NCBI GenBank assembly: GCA_963764165.1
Contig: CAVXRD010000002.1
Span: forward strand, 864,001-928,000
Direction of reading: 5' to 3'
Source of the DNA: an uncultured Verrucomicrobiae bacterium
Lineage (GTDB): Bacteria; Verrucomicrobiota; Verrucomicrobiia; Limisphaerales; Palsa-1400
Length of the DNA stretch: 64,000 nt
This document shows, piece after piece, positions 1 to 9,944 of the stretch (position 1 is the first letter of the stretch; the number at the start of each line of letters is the position of its first letter). The notes under the pieces were generated by a model. It was not told the DNA's origin, ran no database searches, and was given only the letters and a program-made list of their open reading frames with translations. The position numbers and the translations under genes are program-made.

Positions 1-2
1 GG

Positions 3-2342
3 CGGCTGAACGCGGGCGCGGCACCTAAGACCGCAATCGTAGATTTAAAAACACTCAATACCGCGTTTCGTCGGGCAGAGGCTTTCGGAACCATCCTAAA
101 AAATCCGGTCGCCGCGATCCGTCCTCCAAAAGACGAAAGTTCCGAGCGGGATGTATTCACACATGAAGAGGTTCAAAAGCTCATCGCGGCTGCGCCGTCG
201 CTGGATTGGGAGACATTGATTCTCCTGGGGTATTTCGTCGGCGCGCGGCTGCGAGATTGCGTCCAGATGAAATGGGATAATGTGTTCCCTGAGCAAGGTG
301 TGATCATCTACAACCAGCAAAAGACGGGTAAAAAAGTGATTGTGCCGATGCACCACGAAATCATCAGGCATATCGAATACAAGATCCAATTCGGGACAAC
401 TGGTTACCTGTGTCCGAAATTGGCGGAGAAAGGGCCTGGAGGTAAACACGGATTGTCCGAGGGGTTTAAGCGTATAGTGGTTAAGGCGGGCCTGGACCTA
501 ATGGTCATCCAAGGAAAGGGCTCGCGGAAATTTTGCCGACGGACATTTCACTCGCTCCGTCACAGTTTCAATTCAATATTGGCCAACGCTGGGGTTTCGG
601 ATGAAGTCCGGATGAAATTGACCGGGCACAAGTCAAAGGAAATGAATATCCGAACGCACCAGAGGTTAATGGAGTCTACGCGCCTCAATTTTACGGTTTT
701 CTTGGAAGGAAAGCCAATTGACGAAGATGCGGTAGCTCTTTTTGACCAGCGCCGTATCGAGAGCGGAGAACGAATCCCATTGGGAAGGCACACGGTCACC
801 ATTCGGCACCCGAAAGCGGATGCCTTTTCTACGAATTTAGTTGTCTGGTATGGAGCGCAGAACTTGGGCGCTGTCAGTTTGAAACGAAGCATGGGAGCCC
901 TCGCCATCACTGCAAATCCACGGGCCGGATTGATCACGATTCAGGGACCGGAGTTTTCAACCAAACTCACTAATTCCGCCGGGATGACGCTAAATGTCCC
1001 CACAGACCATTACACGGTCGAGGCGTCCTATGCCCACTGGCAACAAGCGGAAGAAACCACTGTTGAACCCGCGCATACGGGTGCCTGCGCATTTGCTCCG
1101 CGCCTTGGAGCGATGCAACTGGCGTGTGGTCAGCCAGAGGCGTCATTCCAATTATTCAAGGCCGACGGGCAGTTGCTGGAAGCTGGGAATTTGCCTGCGC
1201 TGCTCGTCGAAGTCCCGGAAGGCAACTACCAACTTATCAGTTGGCATCACAAGCATAAGAAAGATCAGACAGTGGCCGTGACGGCAGCGACAACCAATAG
1301 CATGGAGATCGAATTCGTGTATGGGGCCGCCCGATTGGAAACGACCCCATCGGGCGCAACCGTCCTCACTGATGGTCACCAATGGGGCGTAACGCCAATG
1401 CTTTTTTCAGAGCTGACCACCGGGCGGTGGCATTTTGAACTGCAATTGTCCGGCTATTCGCCGGTGGATGCCGTGGTGGACGTCGCCGCTCGGGAAACGA
1501 ACACATTCGTGACAAATCTGGTGAGCATCAATTACGTCCCGGCCATGAATGCTGCCCGGCAATATCTTTCGGCGGGCGATTATGACAAAGCCTTCAGGGC
1601 TGCGGCCGAAGCCTTGGAAGTGAAACCGAACGACCCCGAAGCGATGACGCTCCAAAAAGAGGCGACTGGCAGACGCCATATCCGGCAGGCTGAAGCATTG
1701 GGCAAACGCGGCGATTACATCGGCGCGGATAAGGAATTGGAAGCGGCGCTCGAATCATTGCCGGACAACGATGAGGTGAAACAGCTACTGGCGGATTTCA
1801 AGACGCGGGAACGTGGACAACTGGAACAGTTACAACAGGAACGGCGCGAACGCGGTCAAAAATTGTTCGACACTATTTTGTCTCGATTCAAGGATGCAGA
1901 ATTATTTGACAGTCATGAAATCAAGACCACAAGGCCGCTCAACGAAGTGCAAACGGCAATTCTCAGTGCGCTGAAAATCCGCCCGGAGTTTCGTGTTTTG
2001 AAGTCAAGGTCGAGCGTTGCTGAGACATTCGAAATCAGTGCCGTCCAAGAACTGACCGGAGCGCTCGCCACGAGCGCCGGGCGCCGGCAATGCGTAATTG
2101 TGATGGCTCAAACGCGAGATGATGAAACGCAAATCCTTTTCAAAGTTCTGGAATTCAAAGCTCATCACAGCGTTGGGACCAAAGGGCTGTTGAATTTGAC
2201 CGATAATGTCACGTTCATTCCTGTCCATCCGTCGCGGATTCCTGATTTCACCGACAAGCTGAAATCGCAACTCGAGGAGGGAACGAAAATGGTGACGGAT
2301 CGGATTCAACAAGCAATCGGGGGTGGTTCGGAGAAGAAATAG
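3..2342 (+). CDS. Tyrosine recombinase catalytic domain (5' end outside window) fused in frame to a PEGA-like/TPR protein
   Basis: Frame is open from base 3 (KNPVAAIRPPK..ERDVFTHEEV). Motifs GARLRD, QQKTGK, FHSLRH and TGH are present, but no catalytic Tyr follows (EMNIRTH). Downstream: PEGA-like LETTPSGATVLTDG..GVTP and TPR-like helices. Confidence 0.75.
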   Translation, partial: RLNAGAAPKTAIVDLKTLNTAFRRAEAFGTILKNPVAAIRPPKDESSERDVFTHEEVQKLIAAAPSLDWETLILLGYFVGARLRDCVQMKWDNVFPEQGVIIYNQQKTGKKVIVPMHHEIIRHIEYKIQFGTTGYLCPKLAEKGPGGKHGLSEGFKRIVVKAGLDLMVIQGKGSRKFCRRTFHSLRHSFNSILANAGVSDEVRMKLTGHKSKEMNIRTHQRLMESTRLNFTVFLEGKPIDEDAVALFDQRRIESGERIPLGRHTVTIRHPKADAFSTNLVVWYGAQNLGAVSLKRSMGALAITANPRAGLITIQGPEFSTKLTNSAGMTLNVPTDHYTVEASYAHWQQAEETTVEPAHTGACAFAPRLGAMQLACGQPEASFQLFKADGQLLEAGNLPALLVEVPEGNYQLISWHHKHKKDQTVAVTAATTNSMEIEFVYGAARLETTPSGATVLTDGHQWGVTPMLFSELTTGRWHFELQLSGYSPVDAVVDVAARETNTFVTNLVSINYVPAMNAARQYLSAGDYDKAFRAAAEALEVKPNDPEAMTLQKEATGRRHIRQAEALGKRGDYIGADKELEAALESLPDNDEVKQLLADFKTRERGQLEQLQQERRERGQKLFDTILSRFKDAELFDSHEIKTTRPLNEVQTAILSALKIRPEFRVLKSRSSVAETFEISAVQELTGALATSAGRRQCVIVMAQTRDDETQILFKVLEFKAHHSVGTKGLLNLTDNVTFIPVHPSRIPDFTDKLKSQLEEGTKMVTDRIQQAIGGGSEKK

Positions 2343-2353
2343 AGCGACGGCCC

Positions 2354-2381
2354 TTGCAAATCCGGGGGCCTGTGGCATACT
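2354..2381 (+). promoter_or_regulatory. Sigma70-like promoter for the convergent small RNA
   Basis: TTGCAA (2354-2359), 16-nt spacer, TG-n-CATACT extended -10 (2373-2381). Confidence 0.55.
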
Positions 2382-2387
2382 TAGAAC

Positions 2388-2464
2388 GTTGGGTGCTGCT
2401 GGTCGGCTTGATATGGTTAGCCCAGCCCAACATTAAACCTCGCCTCGGGCGGGGTTTTGCTTTT
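2388..2464 (+). ncRNA. Candidate DUF3800-associated small RNA, convergent with and overlapping the DUF3800 3' end
   Basis: Starts 7 nt after the -10. Stem GTTGGG/CCCAAC encloses GCTG/CAGC and GGCT/AGCC, followed by a terminator hairpin. Confidence 0.55.
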
Positions 2465-3299
2465 GGAACTCATCCCACCCCTCCCGCGCAAAGGAGACAA
2501 GTTCAGAATCTTCTGGAAACACCTTCAGACCATCGAGCTTCTGTCCGCCTTGGCGCTTATAAAAATAGGGAAGCAATTCCTGGAAATAAGGAAAGGCAAA
2601 ATCTTTCACTTTGAAAGCGCGATAGACGTTGTAAGCGCACAAATCCGCGAGTTGGACGCCGTTGGACAATTTGCTGTCTGTGAAAAATGGGTATTCCACA
2701 ATGTGGTTGAATCGAACGTTTTGATTGCCCTCCCGCTGGAAAAATGCGTGTTTCAGGGACACCGCCCGATTAAGCGCCCTGTCGGTGTCATCCATGACAA
2801 TAAGCGCATGGTGTTTCGGATGGAATTCCGCCATGAAATGTTCGATGCGTTCTAAAGTTAATTCATAAGCCTTTTTATGGAGCGTCTCCGGCGTCATATG
2901 CTCGCGAAGTTTCCGTTTGTCCATAACCACCGAGAAGAGCGTCATGCGCTGCGCTGGAATCTGCTGAAAATAGCGCGCCACTAGGCGTTCGCGTTCATCG
3001 GATGACAGGGCAGTGAGGAAGGGACTTTTATCCGCGCGTTCCTTGGGGTTGCGAATCCAGTTGGATTTCATCTCGCAGTCCGCGAGGTCGAATTGGAGTC
3101 TGTGTGTGCGATTCAACTGGTCGGTGAATTGCAGTTTGAGGTTTGCAATTTCCCGTTCAAATTCCCGCCAACGTCCTTCCCAGAGTCCAACTGCTGTCAG
3201 CGAATAGATGTGGTCTTTGGCCTGCACCGAGCCGTCGAGCTTTGTCTCAAAGGCTTTGGGGTCGCGCGAGCCAGATTCATCAAAATAAAAGAAATACAT
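2433..3299 (-). CDS. DUF3800 family protein (RNase H-like fold)
   Basis: N-terminal YFDESG, central VMDD, C-terminal DSKLSNGVQLADLCAY. Confidence 0.85.
   Translation of the reverse strand: MYFFYFDESGSRDPKAFETKLDGSVQAKDHIYSLTAVGLWEGRWREFEREIANLKLQFTDQLNRTHRLQFDLADCEMKSNWIRNPKERADKSPFLTALSSDERERLVARYFQQIPAQRMTLFSVVMDKRKLREHMTPETLHKKAYELTLERIEHFMAEFHPKHHALIVMDDTDRALNRAVSLKHAFFQREGNQNVRFNHIVEYPFFTDSKLSNGVQLADLCAYNVYRAFKVKDFAFPYFQELLPYFYKRQGGQKLDGLKVFPEDSELVSFAREGWDEFQKQNPARGEV
2435..2464 (+). terminator. Intrinsic terminator within the last codons of the DUF3800 gene (antisense)
   Basis: AAACCTCGCC-TCG-GGCGGGGTTT followed by TGCTTTT. Confidence 0.65.
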
Positions 3300-3399
3300 G
3301 TTGCCGATTCGTCAGCCGGATTAAGCGGGAAATCCCCGCTGATGGCGATTAAAAAACCAGCGAGAAGCTGGAGAAATCGAACGCCGCTCATAAACGAGC

Positions 3400-3430
3400 A
3401 AGAAAAAGGGCGGAACCAGTGGTTCCGCCC
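3400..3430 (-). terminator. Intrinsic terminator downstream of ardC
   Basis: GGGCGGAACC-ACT-GGTTCCGCCC-TTTTTCTT on the minus strand. Confidence 0.8.
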
Positions 3431-3491
3431 GTGGCGAGTCGTCATCCATCTCAAGCTATGCCCCCTAGAGCCTGCTCTGAACGGGCTGAGA

Positions 3492-4343
3492 CTACTCGGC
3501 TTCGTCAAATGTCCTGCCAAGAACGAAGTCCGCCGCCCGCTGGGCCTGCGCAGCCGCCTGGACGATCAGTTTCTTGTCTTCTTTGAGGCGTTTCAGCCAT
3601 TCAGCGACATACGCCGCCGAATTGTGGATGGTGCGCTCACCGATCTCCGCTTCTCCGCAGAGAAACGCCGCCCCAATTTCGGCGATCAGTTCCTCCCGGC
3701 AATACGGGTCAGAGCCAAATCCGCCTTTCTCAGTCAAGGTTGACCGATTAAGCCGGTTTTGGTGACCGCTTGCATGGACAAGTTCATGGAAGAGCACCGC
3801 ATAATACTGCGCCGCGCCCTCGAACCGATCCATTCCCGGCATTCCAACGTAATCCTCGGCAGGCGAATAGAATGCCTTGGTGAAGCCATCCTTGATGGTG
3901 GGCTTCTGTGGCATGTTAGCAACAATTTCCTCCGGCTTGCGCGGGAGTTCATTTGCGCCGTTCGCTGCTGGATGACTATTTTTCAATCCCTCGCATTGAG
4001 CGACGTTGAATACGAAGTAATTACGAAGCAGCGGTATGCGCTTCTTTTCCTCGGACTCTTTGTCATCGACGGCGAGTCTCTTCCAAAAGACGACAGGACA
4101 CGCCTTTTCGCCTTTCTTGACTTTGCCGCCAAGCGCGTTGGCTTGGCGAAAGGTGAGCCAATACGGCGATTCGTAGCTCCTACCGAAAAGCAGAAGCACA
4201 TTGATTCCGCGATACGGCTTTTTGTTAATGAGATTCCGGGGCATGGTCGTGGATGCTTTCCACGTCTTGTGCCAGGGAACGGTCCCTTGCTCAAGCAGAG
4301 CGATGATCTGTTCCGTGATGCGGTCATACGCGTTCGCGCTCAT
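3492..4343 (-). CDS. ardC: Antirestriction protein ArdC (ssDNA-binding domain plus zincin-like metallopeptidase)
   Basis: PWHKTW, YRGIN, WLTFRQA, VFNVAQC, HELVH zincin motif, EELIAE. Confidence 0.9.
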   Translation of the reverse strand: MSANAYDRITEQIIALLEQGTVPWHKTWKASTTMPRNLINKKPYRGINVLLLFGRSYESPYWLTFRQANALGGKVKKGEKACPVVFWKRLAVDDKESEEKKRIPLLRNYFVFNVAQCEGLKNSHPAANGANELPRKPEEIVANMPQKPTIKDGFTKAFYSPAEDYVGMPGMDRFEGAAQYYAVLFHELVHASGHQNRLNRSTLTEKGGFGSDPYCREELIAEIGAAFLCGEAEIGERTIHNSAAYVAEWLKRLKEDKKLIVQAAAQAQRAADFVLGRTFDEAE

Positions 4344-4648
4344 TTGAAGCTCCTTTCCTTCCGGTTCAGGATTTCAACATCCGAGTTGGACCAAATCCGC
4401 ACCAAGGCTGGTGGTCGTTCGAATCGGACGGGCCTGTCAAAACGAGTCTTGAACTGGCGCGCTGGCTGTCTCATTAGGAGCACCGCCGCGCATTCGTTCA
4501 CCCTAATCACCCGGCAGAGCCGCTTGTCTAAACGGACGACATCGCCGACACGGAGTCGGAATTGATACTGCTTAGGCCGCCAAACCAGTCCGACTAATTC
4601 AGGCTGGTTTGGGTCGCGCCAATTGCGTTTCTTGAGTTTCGGTTTCAT
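4340..4648 (-). CDS. Hypothetical protein of the element operon
   Basis: ORF between radC and ardC, stop overlaps the ardC start; ATG at 4648 chosen. Confidence 0.6.
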   Translation of the reverse strand: MKPKLKKRNWRDPNQPELVGLVWRPKQYQFRLRVGDVVRLDKRLCRVIRVNECAAVLLMRQPARQFKTRFDRPVRFERPPALVRIWSNSDVEILNRKERSFK

Positions 4649-4652
4649 CGGA

Positions 4653-5153
4653 TTAATCCTGGATGTAGCCGAGTCCTCGCAACGAGCAGTGCGTGGGATT
4701 CCCAACGACTATATGGTCAAGCACCTCAATCTTGAGGAGTTGCCCGGCCCGGACGAGGTCCCGCGTCGCTCGAATGTCTGCATCTGAGGGCTGCGGTTCA
4801 CCGGATGGGTGGTTGTGCATGAGCACGACGGCGGATGCGCCAGCAATCACCGCGCACCTGAATGTCTCCCTGGCTGACACCAGGATGCAATCCAATGTGC
4901 CAATGGACACGAGTTGGTGTCCTTTCGCTTTGCGCCGAGTATTGAGGAGGATAACCACAAAGCATTCGCACTCGGGATTGAATTGAGGCGAAGTAGCGAT
5001 GTGAAGCCTCCAATACTCAACTGCTTTTTCCGGCGTGTCGCAGATTTGCAATCTGTCCGGCGTGGGACATTCGCGCAGGGCGACAACTTTCCATTCCTTG
5101 GGCTGATACTTTGGTTTCTCTTTTTCGGGCTTGAACAAGGGTATCTGTTCCAT
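4653..5153 (-). CDS. radC: RadC-like JAB domain protein
   Basis: ECFVVILLNTRR, HNHPSGEPQPSDAD JAMM motif, LDHIVVG. Confidence 0.9.
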   Translation of the reverse strand: MEQIPLFKPEKEKPKYQPKEWKVVALRECPTPDRLQICDTPEKAVEYWRLHIATSPQFNPECECFVVILLNTRRKAKGHQLVSIGTLDCILVSARETFRCAVIAGASAVVLMHNHPSGEPQPSDADIRATRDLVRAGQLLKIEVLDHIVVGNPTHCSLRGLGYIQD

Positions 5154-5272
5154 CGTATTCTCTTTCTTGCCGTCCACCCGTTGACGCGGGTTGCTTCTGG
5201 TTTTGAGTATTCTCGCTGGAAGCGCGGACGGCGCTTTGTTGAGCAGCAAGATCTTTTGGTGGATGCGTTCAA

Positions 5273-5575
5273 TTACTCGAACGCGAAATCCTGCTGTCCG
5301 AGTGAAGCCTTGATCGCAACGACTTCAGCCTTTTTCGGCGGTTGCCCCTGCTCCAACGCGTCTGGCGACCATAGGCGCAGAGCCAACGGCAGCCACGGCG
5401 TGATGAAGTGGATATTCGACCAAGCGGCCCAAAACTCCAACGATAGAGAATTGCCGTGGATGACCCGCGTAGGAATGCCCCAAAGGGTCGTATTGATGAA
5501 CGCCATATCGCACGCGGTGCGATTGACATCAACTGCTGTGACGCGCAAGCGCGAGCGGGTTTCGTAAAAACGCCT
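5273..5575 (-). pseudogene. C-terminal remnant of an N6-adenine methyltransferase-like gene
   Basis: VTAVDVNRTACDMAFIN..VIHGNSLSLE resembles the SAM-binding half of small mobile-element methylases; N-terminus absent. Confidence 0.55.
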
Positions 5576-6052
5576 GAGGCAATCGACTACTGTGGGCATC
5601 AGCTAATTCGTTGGAATTCTCAGGACGAAGTCTATCTACTTAAAAAGAGTCAGATGAAAGGAGCGCATGCCGAATTGTTCAGTTATTGTCTTTATCAGAA
5701 GGTGCTCCAGCCCCTTTCTAGTCAGGGTCAGCTGGTGCCATTAATGCTCCTAGAATACCAATCTGTTAGCGGCACGGATTCTGAGCCTCATATTTTACTC
5801 GTCTTTTATAAACAAGATTACGATTTGAGGATTAAGGTCGTGTTTAAGAATCGGAGTTTTTTTGTTATTGTTGACTCAAGTTCATTCCAGGATCGGCCCG
5901 ATATTATTACCATTTTCTGTGATTCGCTCGGCTTCGCGCAAATTGAAACTCACCTTTCAAAAGTGATAACTCCACAAGCTATCGAAAGCTCGCTCCTGGA
6001 AATTGCTCAAACTCTGGCTAAGGCGTCCCAAAATGATTCGAGTGAAGCCTGA
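5570..6052 (+). pseudogene. C-terminal fragment of an AT-rich foreign gene (possibly a nuclease C-terminus)
   Basis: Abrupt composition change near 5570; no proper start; sits head-to-head with the methylase remnant. Confidence 0.4.
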
Positions 6053-6430
6053 ACAAATCCAAGCCGGATACTGGAGGAAATCTGAGGCCATCCTCCGCTT
6101 ACATCTGTAGAGTTTTTGTCTTCGTTAACAGAATTCTGCATGGAAACGACAGCCGTGTTGGGGCAAGTCATTTGAAGAGGCACATTAGTGGTTGGATGGG
6201 TTCGCGGCCAAACCGCCTTTCGGGATGCGGCGCCGCAATCGGCGCCATCATCTTGACGGCATCGAGCAGGTGCGCAAACTTTGGGGTGAGCATGCGGCGG
6301 CGGCGCGGCTGCACATTATGGCGGATTTGAAAAAGGAAAGGTGGACGTTTGTTCTAAACTGGCTTTATGCACGTCACACAGGATTTAATATCTCAAATTA
6401 AAAACCTCCCCGTTGGGGGGAGGCGTGATT

Positions 6431-6718
6431 TCAATAGTCTTTGGGAAGCAAGACACAGGTGGAGGATCAGTCGGCTTCGGTGATGATCCAGAATTTGTCT
6501 CCTGCCGTGGAACAATACGCCGACAGAAGGCGAAAGCCCTGTTGCAGGGAGAATTCGTTCTCCTGACGGTCTTCCTCCAGCACGTCGCCCCAATCACCGG
6601 CCTGATGCCGCTGAATGGCTGCCAGAATATCGCGTTGGGCAGCCCTTGCCAGCACGTTCGGGGTAGCAACGATACGGCCAAGCGGAAATTTCGCAGTGGA
6701 TGGGTTTGGTGCGCTCAT
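6431..6718 (-). pseudogene. Plasmid/ICE-type small conserved protein with an internal stop
   Basis: FPLGRIVATP..RHQAGDWGD..WIITEAD*SSTCVLLPKDY; TGA at 6467-6469 where Arg (CGA) is expected. Confidence 0.7.
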
Positions 6719-7043
6719 AGCCCAAAATCCTCCATCGCGGCGGCGATGCTGTCTTCGTCGTCGCCCAGAACCTCCACCAAGCCAGCTTTCAGCGCTGCTT
6801 TGTCGGAATTTGGCTTGGCGTCCTTCGGACAAACATGGCAACGCATCACGTCGAGAATCGAAGCGCCGAATTCCAATCGGGCGGCTCTGAACTTCTCCCG
6901 ATAACGAGGGCCGAGCCGCAGACCGGGTGACAGTTCGCGCCAGACTTTGGCTTCTCATGGCTGAGGTCTGTCTCAAAAACGGCGTCGTGCCGGAGATGAT
7001 AAACATCCCACGGTTCGCCACACGTCGAACAGTGAACATCCAT
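6715..7043 (-). pseudogene. Cys-rich hypothetical protein with a 1-nt frameshift near 6953
   Basis: MDVHCSTCGEPWD.. continues in another frame as EAKVWRELS..RCHVCP..MEDFGL*, ending in an ATGA overlap with the next gene; may be a sequencing indel. Confidence 0.55.
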
Positions 7044-7055
7044 AGTGAACCTCCC

Positions 7056-7358
7056 TTATTCGTTCTCGAACGCGTCGATGGTTTCCCGAATCTCCAGTTC
7101 CGTGAGTGTCCAGCCTGCGCGTGGCAATGCGGCCACAACGGCGGACTTGAAATCTTCATGCCAGCCTATGGCGTCTGCCTCGTTGTCGAGACAATCTGCC
7201 AAGAGTGCCAGCGCCAATTGCGCCGAGCCGCTGCCGACATCGCCCCACTCAAACCCGGTCGGACTGTGATTCCACAAGTCCAGTCGGGAATTGAGTGGTT
7301 GGCCGCCAACGGTGACCACTACGCCCTGCTTCGTTCGTCGTCCTTCGTATCGCTTCAC
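7056..7358 (-). CDS. DUF6166-like protein
   Basis: NHSPTGFEWG..GSGSAQLALALL signature. Confidence 0.75.
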   Translation of the reverse strand: MKRYEGRRTKQGVVVTVGGQPLNSRLDLWNHSPTGFEWGDVGSGSAQLALALLADCLDNEADAIGWHEDFKSAVVAALPRAGWTLTELEIRETIDAFENE

Positions 7359-8401
7359 GCGGCACCCCCAAACAATTGGGACACCTCGTCTGCGGACAGG
7401 TGCTCGGGCTGGGTGCCGGGTTTCTCGAACTGATGCACCTTGACGAAACAGAATTTGGCGAGGCGGGCGGCGATGTCATCGCGCCCGGCCCGGCCAGCAT
7501 CGTCTTCGTCGAGCATGACAATGACCTGGCTTTGTCCATCGGTATGCTTGCGGATCAATTCTTCCTGGCCAGCGGACATGGTGCTGCCCATGAGGGCAAC
7601 GACCTTGCGGCAACCGTTCTGGTGAAGTTTGATGGCGTCAAAGAAGCCCTCGACGATCACCAGCGGTTTTTCGGGTGGTTCTTGGATGGCCCGGTTGAGG
7701 TTGAACAATTCCAGCCCCTTCCTGAAACCGGTGGGCAACTTGTATTTTGGCGTGCCGTCTGGCGGATTGCCCGGCCATCGCCCGGCATACGCCACGAGTT
7801 CACCTTTGACGTTGTTTATTGGGATGGCGATGCGCCCCACCATCAAACCTTTGTCGCCGGTGAAATAACCGAGTCCAAAGTCACCTATGGTCTGCTCGTT
7901 TATACTGCGTTCCGCAAAATGCGGATGCGCCCGATCCAGCTTGTCCAGCCGGAATCGAAGTGGCGGATTTGGCGTCGTGCTCTCCGGTGCCAGGACTGGC
8001 GCCGGTTTGGGGTGCCTCGCGACATTTGCTTCCGGCGGTTGGTCTGCTGCGGCCTCTGGCTCATCCTTTGAGCCGTTGGTCTTGACGTCATCAATGGGGA
8101 CACTGAACCACTCGCACGCTCTGAGTGCGGCGTCGTGAATCGAGATGTCCTCCTTTTTGGCGATGAAGTCCAGGGCGTTGCCGCCGTGTTTGCACTCACT
8201 GAAACAATTCCAGAGATTCTTCTCGGTATCGACGCGAAACTGCGTGGGATTGCTGCCGTGGTGGATGGGGCATGGGCCGCTGAGACGGCTGCCGCTGCGT
8301 TTGAATGTGCCAAGAACACCATAGTGTTCCAGCACCCGTTCCATTGTGACACGGGCGCGAATGGCCCGAAAATCGACAAATGGCTTTCTGCTCGTGGACA
8401 T
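7355..8401 (-). CDS. DnaG-like DNA primase (CHC2 zinc finger plus TOPRIM)
   Basis: CPIH..WNCFSEC zinc finger; VEGFFDA and LDEDDAG TOPRIM motifs. Confidence 0.9.
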   Translation of the reverse strand: MSTSRKPFVDFRAIRARVTMERVLEHYGVLGTFKRSGSRLSGPCPIHHGSNPTQFRVDTEKNLWNCFSECKHGGNALDFIAKKEDISIHDAALRACEWFSVPIDDVKTNGSKDEPEAAADQPPEANVARHPKPAPVLAPESTTPNPPLRFRLDKLDRAHPHFAERSINEQTIGDFGLGYFTGDKGLMVGRIAIPINNVKGELVAYAGRWPGNPPDGTPKYKLPTGFRKGLELFNLNRAIQEPPEKPLVIVEGFFDAIKLHQNGCRKVVALMGSTMSAGQEELIRKHTDGQSQVIVMLDEDDAGRAGRDDIAARLAKFCFVKVHQFEKPGTQPEHLSADEVSQLFGGAA

Positions 8402-8521
8402 GGGAAATCCTTTCTGTTGAACAAGTTGGGATTGACGATTTGAAGAACCCTAGCCGGAAAAGCCGACTTTCCACCGGGCATCGTATCACAGAATCAAAAC
8501 GCAGCCAAATATGTGACAGAA

Positions 8522-9436
8522 TTACAAGAGAGTTTCTTTATTGGCGCGTCCAGACAGCCAAGGCAAGGTCAGGACATTCTCGGCAGATGAAAGCGAAGCG
8601 AAATCTGCGAAAAGAAACAGACCGTGTCCTTGTTCAAGTTGAGCACATGCCTCCACCATGTGCTGTCGCCGTTCGGCGGCGGTGGTCACTGTCAAAACAC
8701 GAAAGCGGTCAAAATCAAATAGGGAACGATGAAGGCCCTGGCGCCACGTCGCTTCGTAGGCGAGGAGTTTTCTGTAGAAACTGCTTTGATCCAAACCGTC
8801 TCGCGTGACCGGCATTGTGCCGCGATCCGCTTCAAGGAAAAACCAAGAGAGAATTTGGCGTCCGCTTTTATCAGTAATCTCCAATCCGAAAACCCTGTCA
8901 GGAATGACACCGCATTTGATGCCGCTGGCGACGTTCACTTTCCACTGGAATGGCTCACGCTGGCGTGCCGCGGCAATCGGGATCGCCGCGTCATCCGGCC
9001 TGATCAATTTTACACCCGCCTGATTTCGGCATGCGACTTCAAACGCAACCATTACGTCGGAAATCAACAAGGCATGATCGAGGAAAATTCGGCCAACGCG
9101 ACTCTTCTGCCCCCATTCGAGGCGGTGATAGGGAAATCCCAGTTCGCGTTTCAAAACCGCAGCACCTTTATTTCCGATCCCGTAAACCATCGGACGAGAA
9201 CCGTTCTGATAATAGTCGATTTGACACCGTGGCCGTTCCAGAAATCCATGGTGATAAAGCAGTTGAAGCCGCCGAAGAATCTGCTGCTTGCTGCCGGGAA
9301 GAAGCGCGCAAAGGTGGCCGGATCGTAAAAATCTGTGGCTGCTGACATGTTTGAGAATTTTCAAGTCGCGTTCGGTCAACCGAAAGCGGGAAATATTCTC
9401 TGATCTATTGAAACGGGGAAGTCGGACAGAACACAT
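8522..9436 (-). CDS. Replication-relaxation family protein
   Basis: LTERDLKIL N-terminal wHTH, LDHAL, IPDRVF, FLEADRGTM, FRVLTVT. Confidence 0.85.
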   Translation of the reverse strand: MCSVRLPRFNRSENISRFRLTERDLKILKHVSSHRFLRSGHLCALLPGSKQQILRRLQLLYHHGFLERPRCQIDYYQNGSRPMVYGIGNKGAAVLKRELGFPYHRLEWGQKSRVGRIFLDHALLISDVMVAFEVACRNQAGVKLIRPDDAAIPIAAARQREPFQWKVNVASGIKCGVIPDRVFGLEITDKSGRQILSWFFLEADRGTMPVTRDGLDQSSFYRKLLAYEATWRQGLHRSLFDFDRFRVLTVTTAAERRQHMVEACAQLEQGHGLFLFADFASLSSAENVLTLPWLSGRANKETLL

Positions 9437-9571
9437 GCCCTAATTTTAACATGAAATGGAGACATTGCTTGCGCTGGTTTGAAATGCAGGTGAATGAGGC
9501 GGATGCCGCTCGGAGGGGCTGGATTTTTGTGTTTAAAAAATGTCTGACGGCTGTATACACTTTCCGAATAT

Positions 9572-9934
9572 ATGAGCACCAAACAATTCTTTCCCATCAC
9601 CTTGACAAACGAGGAGCGCGACGCAGGATTTCGCCTCGTTCATTCGAATATTCCATTGGAATCTTCGAAGTTCGTCGTTGCTGTTCTGATGCTTAGTCCG
9701 AGCGCACGCCTGATCAAGATCGCTGGCGGCTATCATCTCCAATATTACTACGCCGATAAGCATCCGTTCATGAAGAACGTTCCACAAACCGCTGCTTGGA
9801 ACTCGGTCGGGACAGGACCATCGAGCACCATCGAGCACGCTAAACACCGGTTTCACACAGAAAAGCTCGACCCGCATTTCACGCTTGCCATCGCCCCAGA
9901 AGATCCAACGGTTGCTCTGCCTGATCCCCAATGA
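9572..9934 (+). CDS. Hypothetical protein, probable gene cassette
   Basis: 120-aa ORF ending 10 nt before an attC-like site. Confidence 0.5.
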   Translation: MSTKQFFPITLTNEERDAGFRLVHSNIPLESSKFVVAVLMLSPSARLIKIAGGYHLQYYYADKHPFMKNVPQTAAWNSVGTGPSSTIEHAKHRFHTEKLDPHFTLAIAPEDPTVALPDPQ

Positions 9935-9944
9935 ACCCGGAATC

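Noticed and set aside
6046..6131. Second attC site after the AT-rich gene tail
   Set aside because: GCCTGAAC..GTTAACA ends are not complementary and internal palindromy is weak
6467..6469. In-frame TGA as selenocysteine or recoding
   Set aside because: The position corresponds to Arg (CGA>TGA transition), not Cys; other genes here use TGA as a stop
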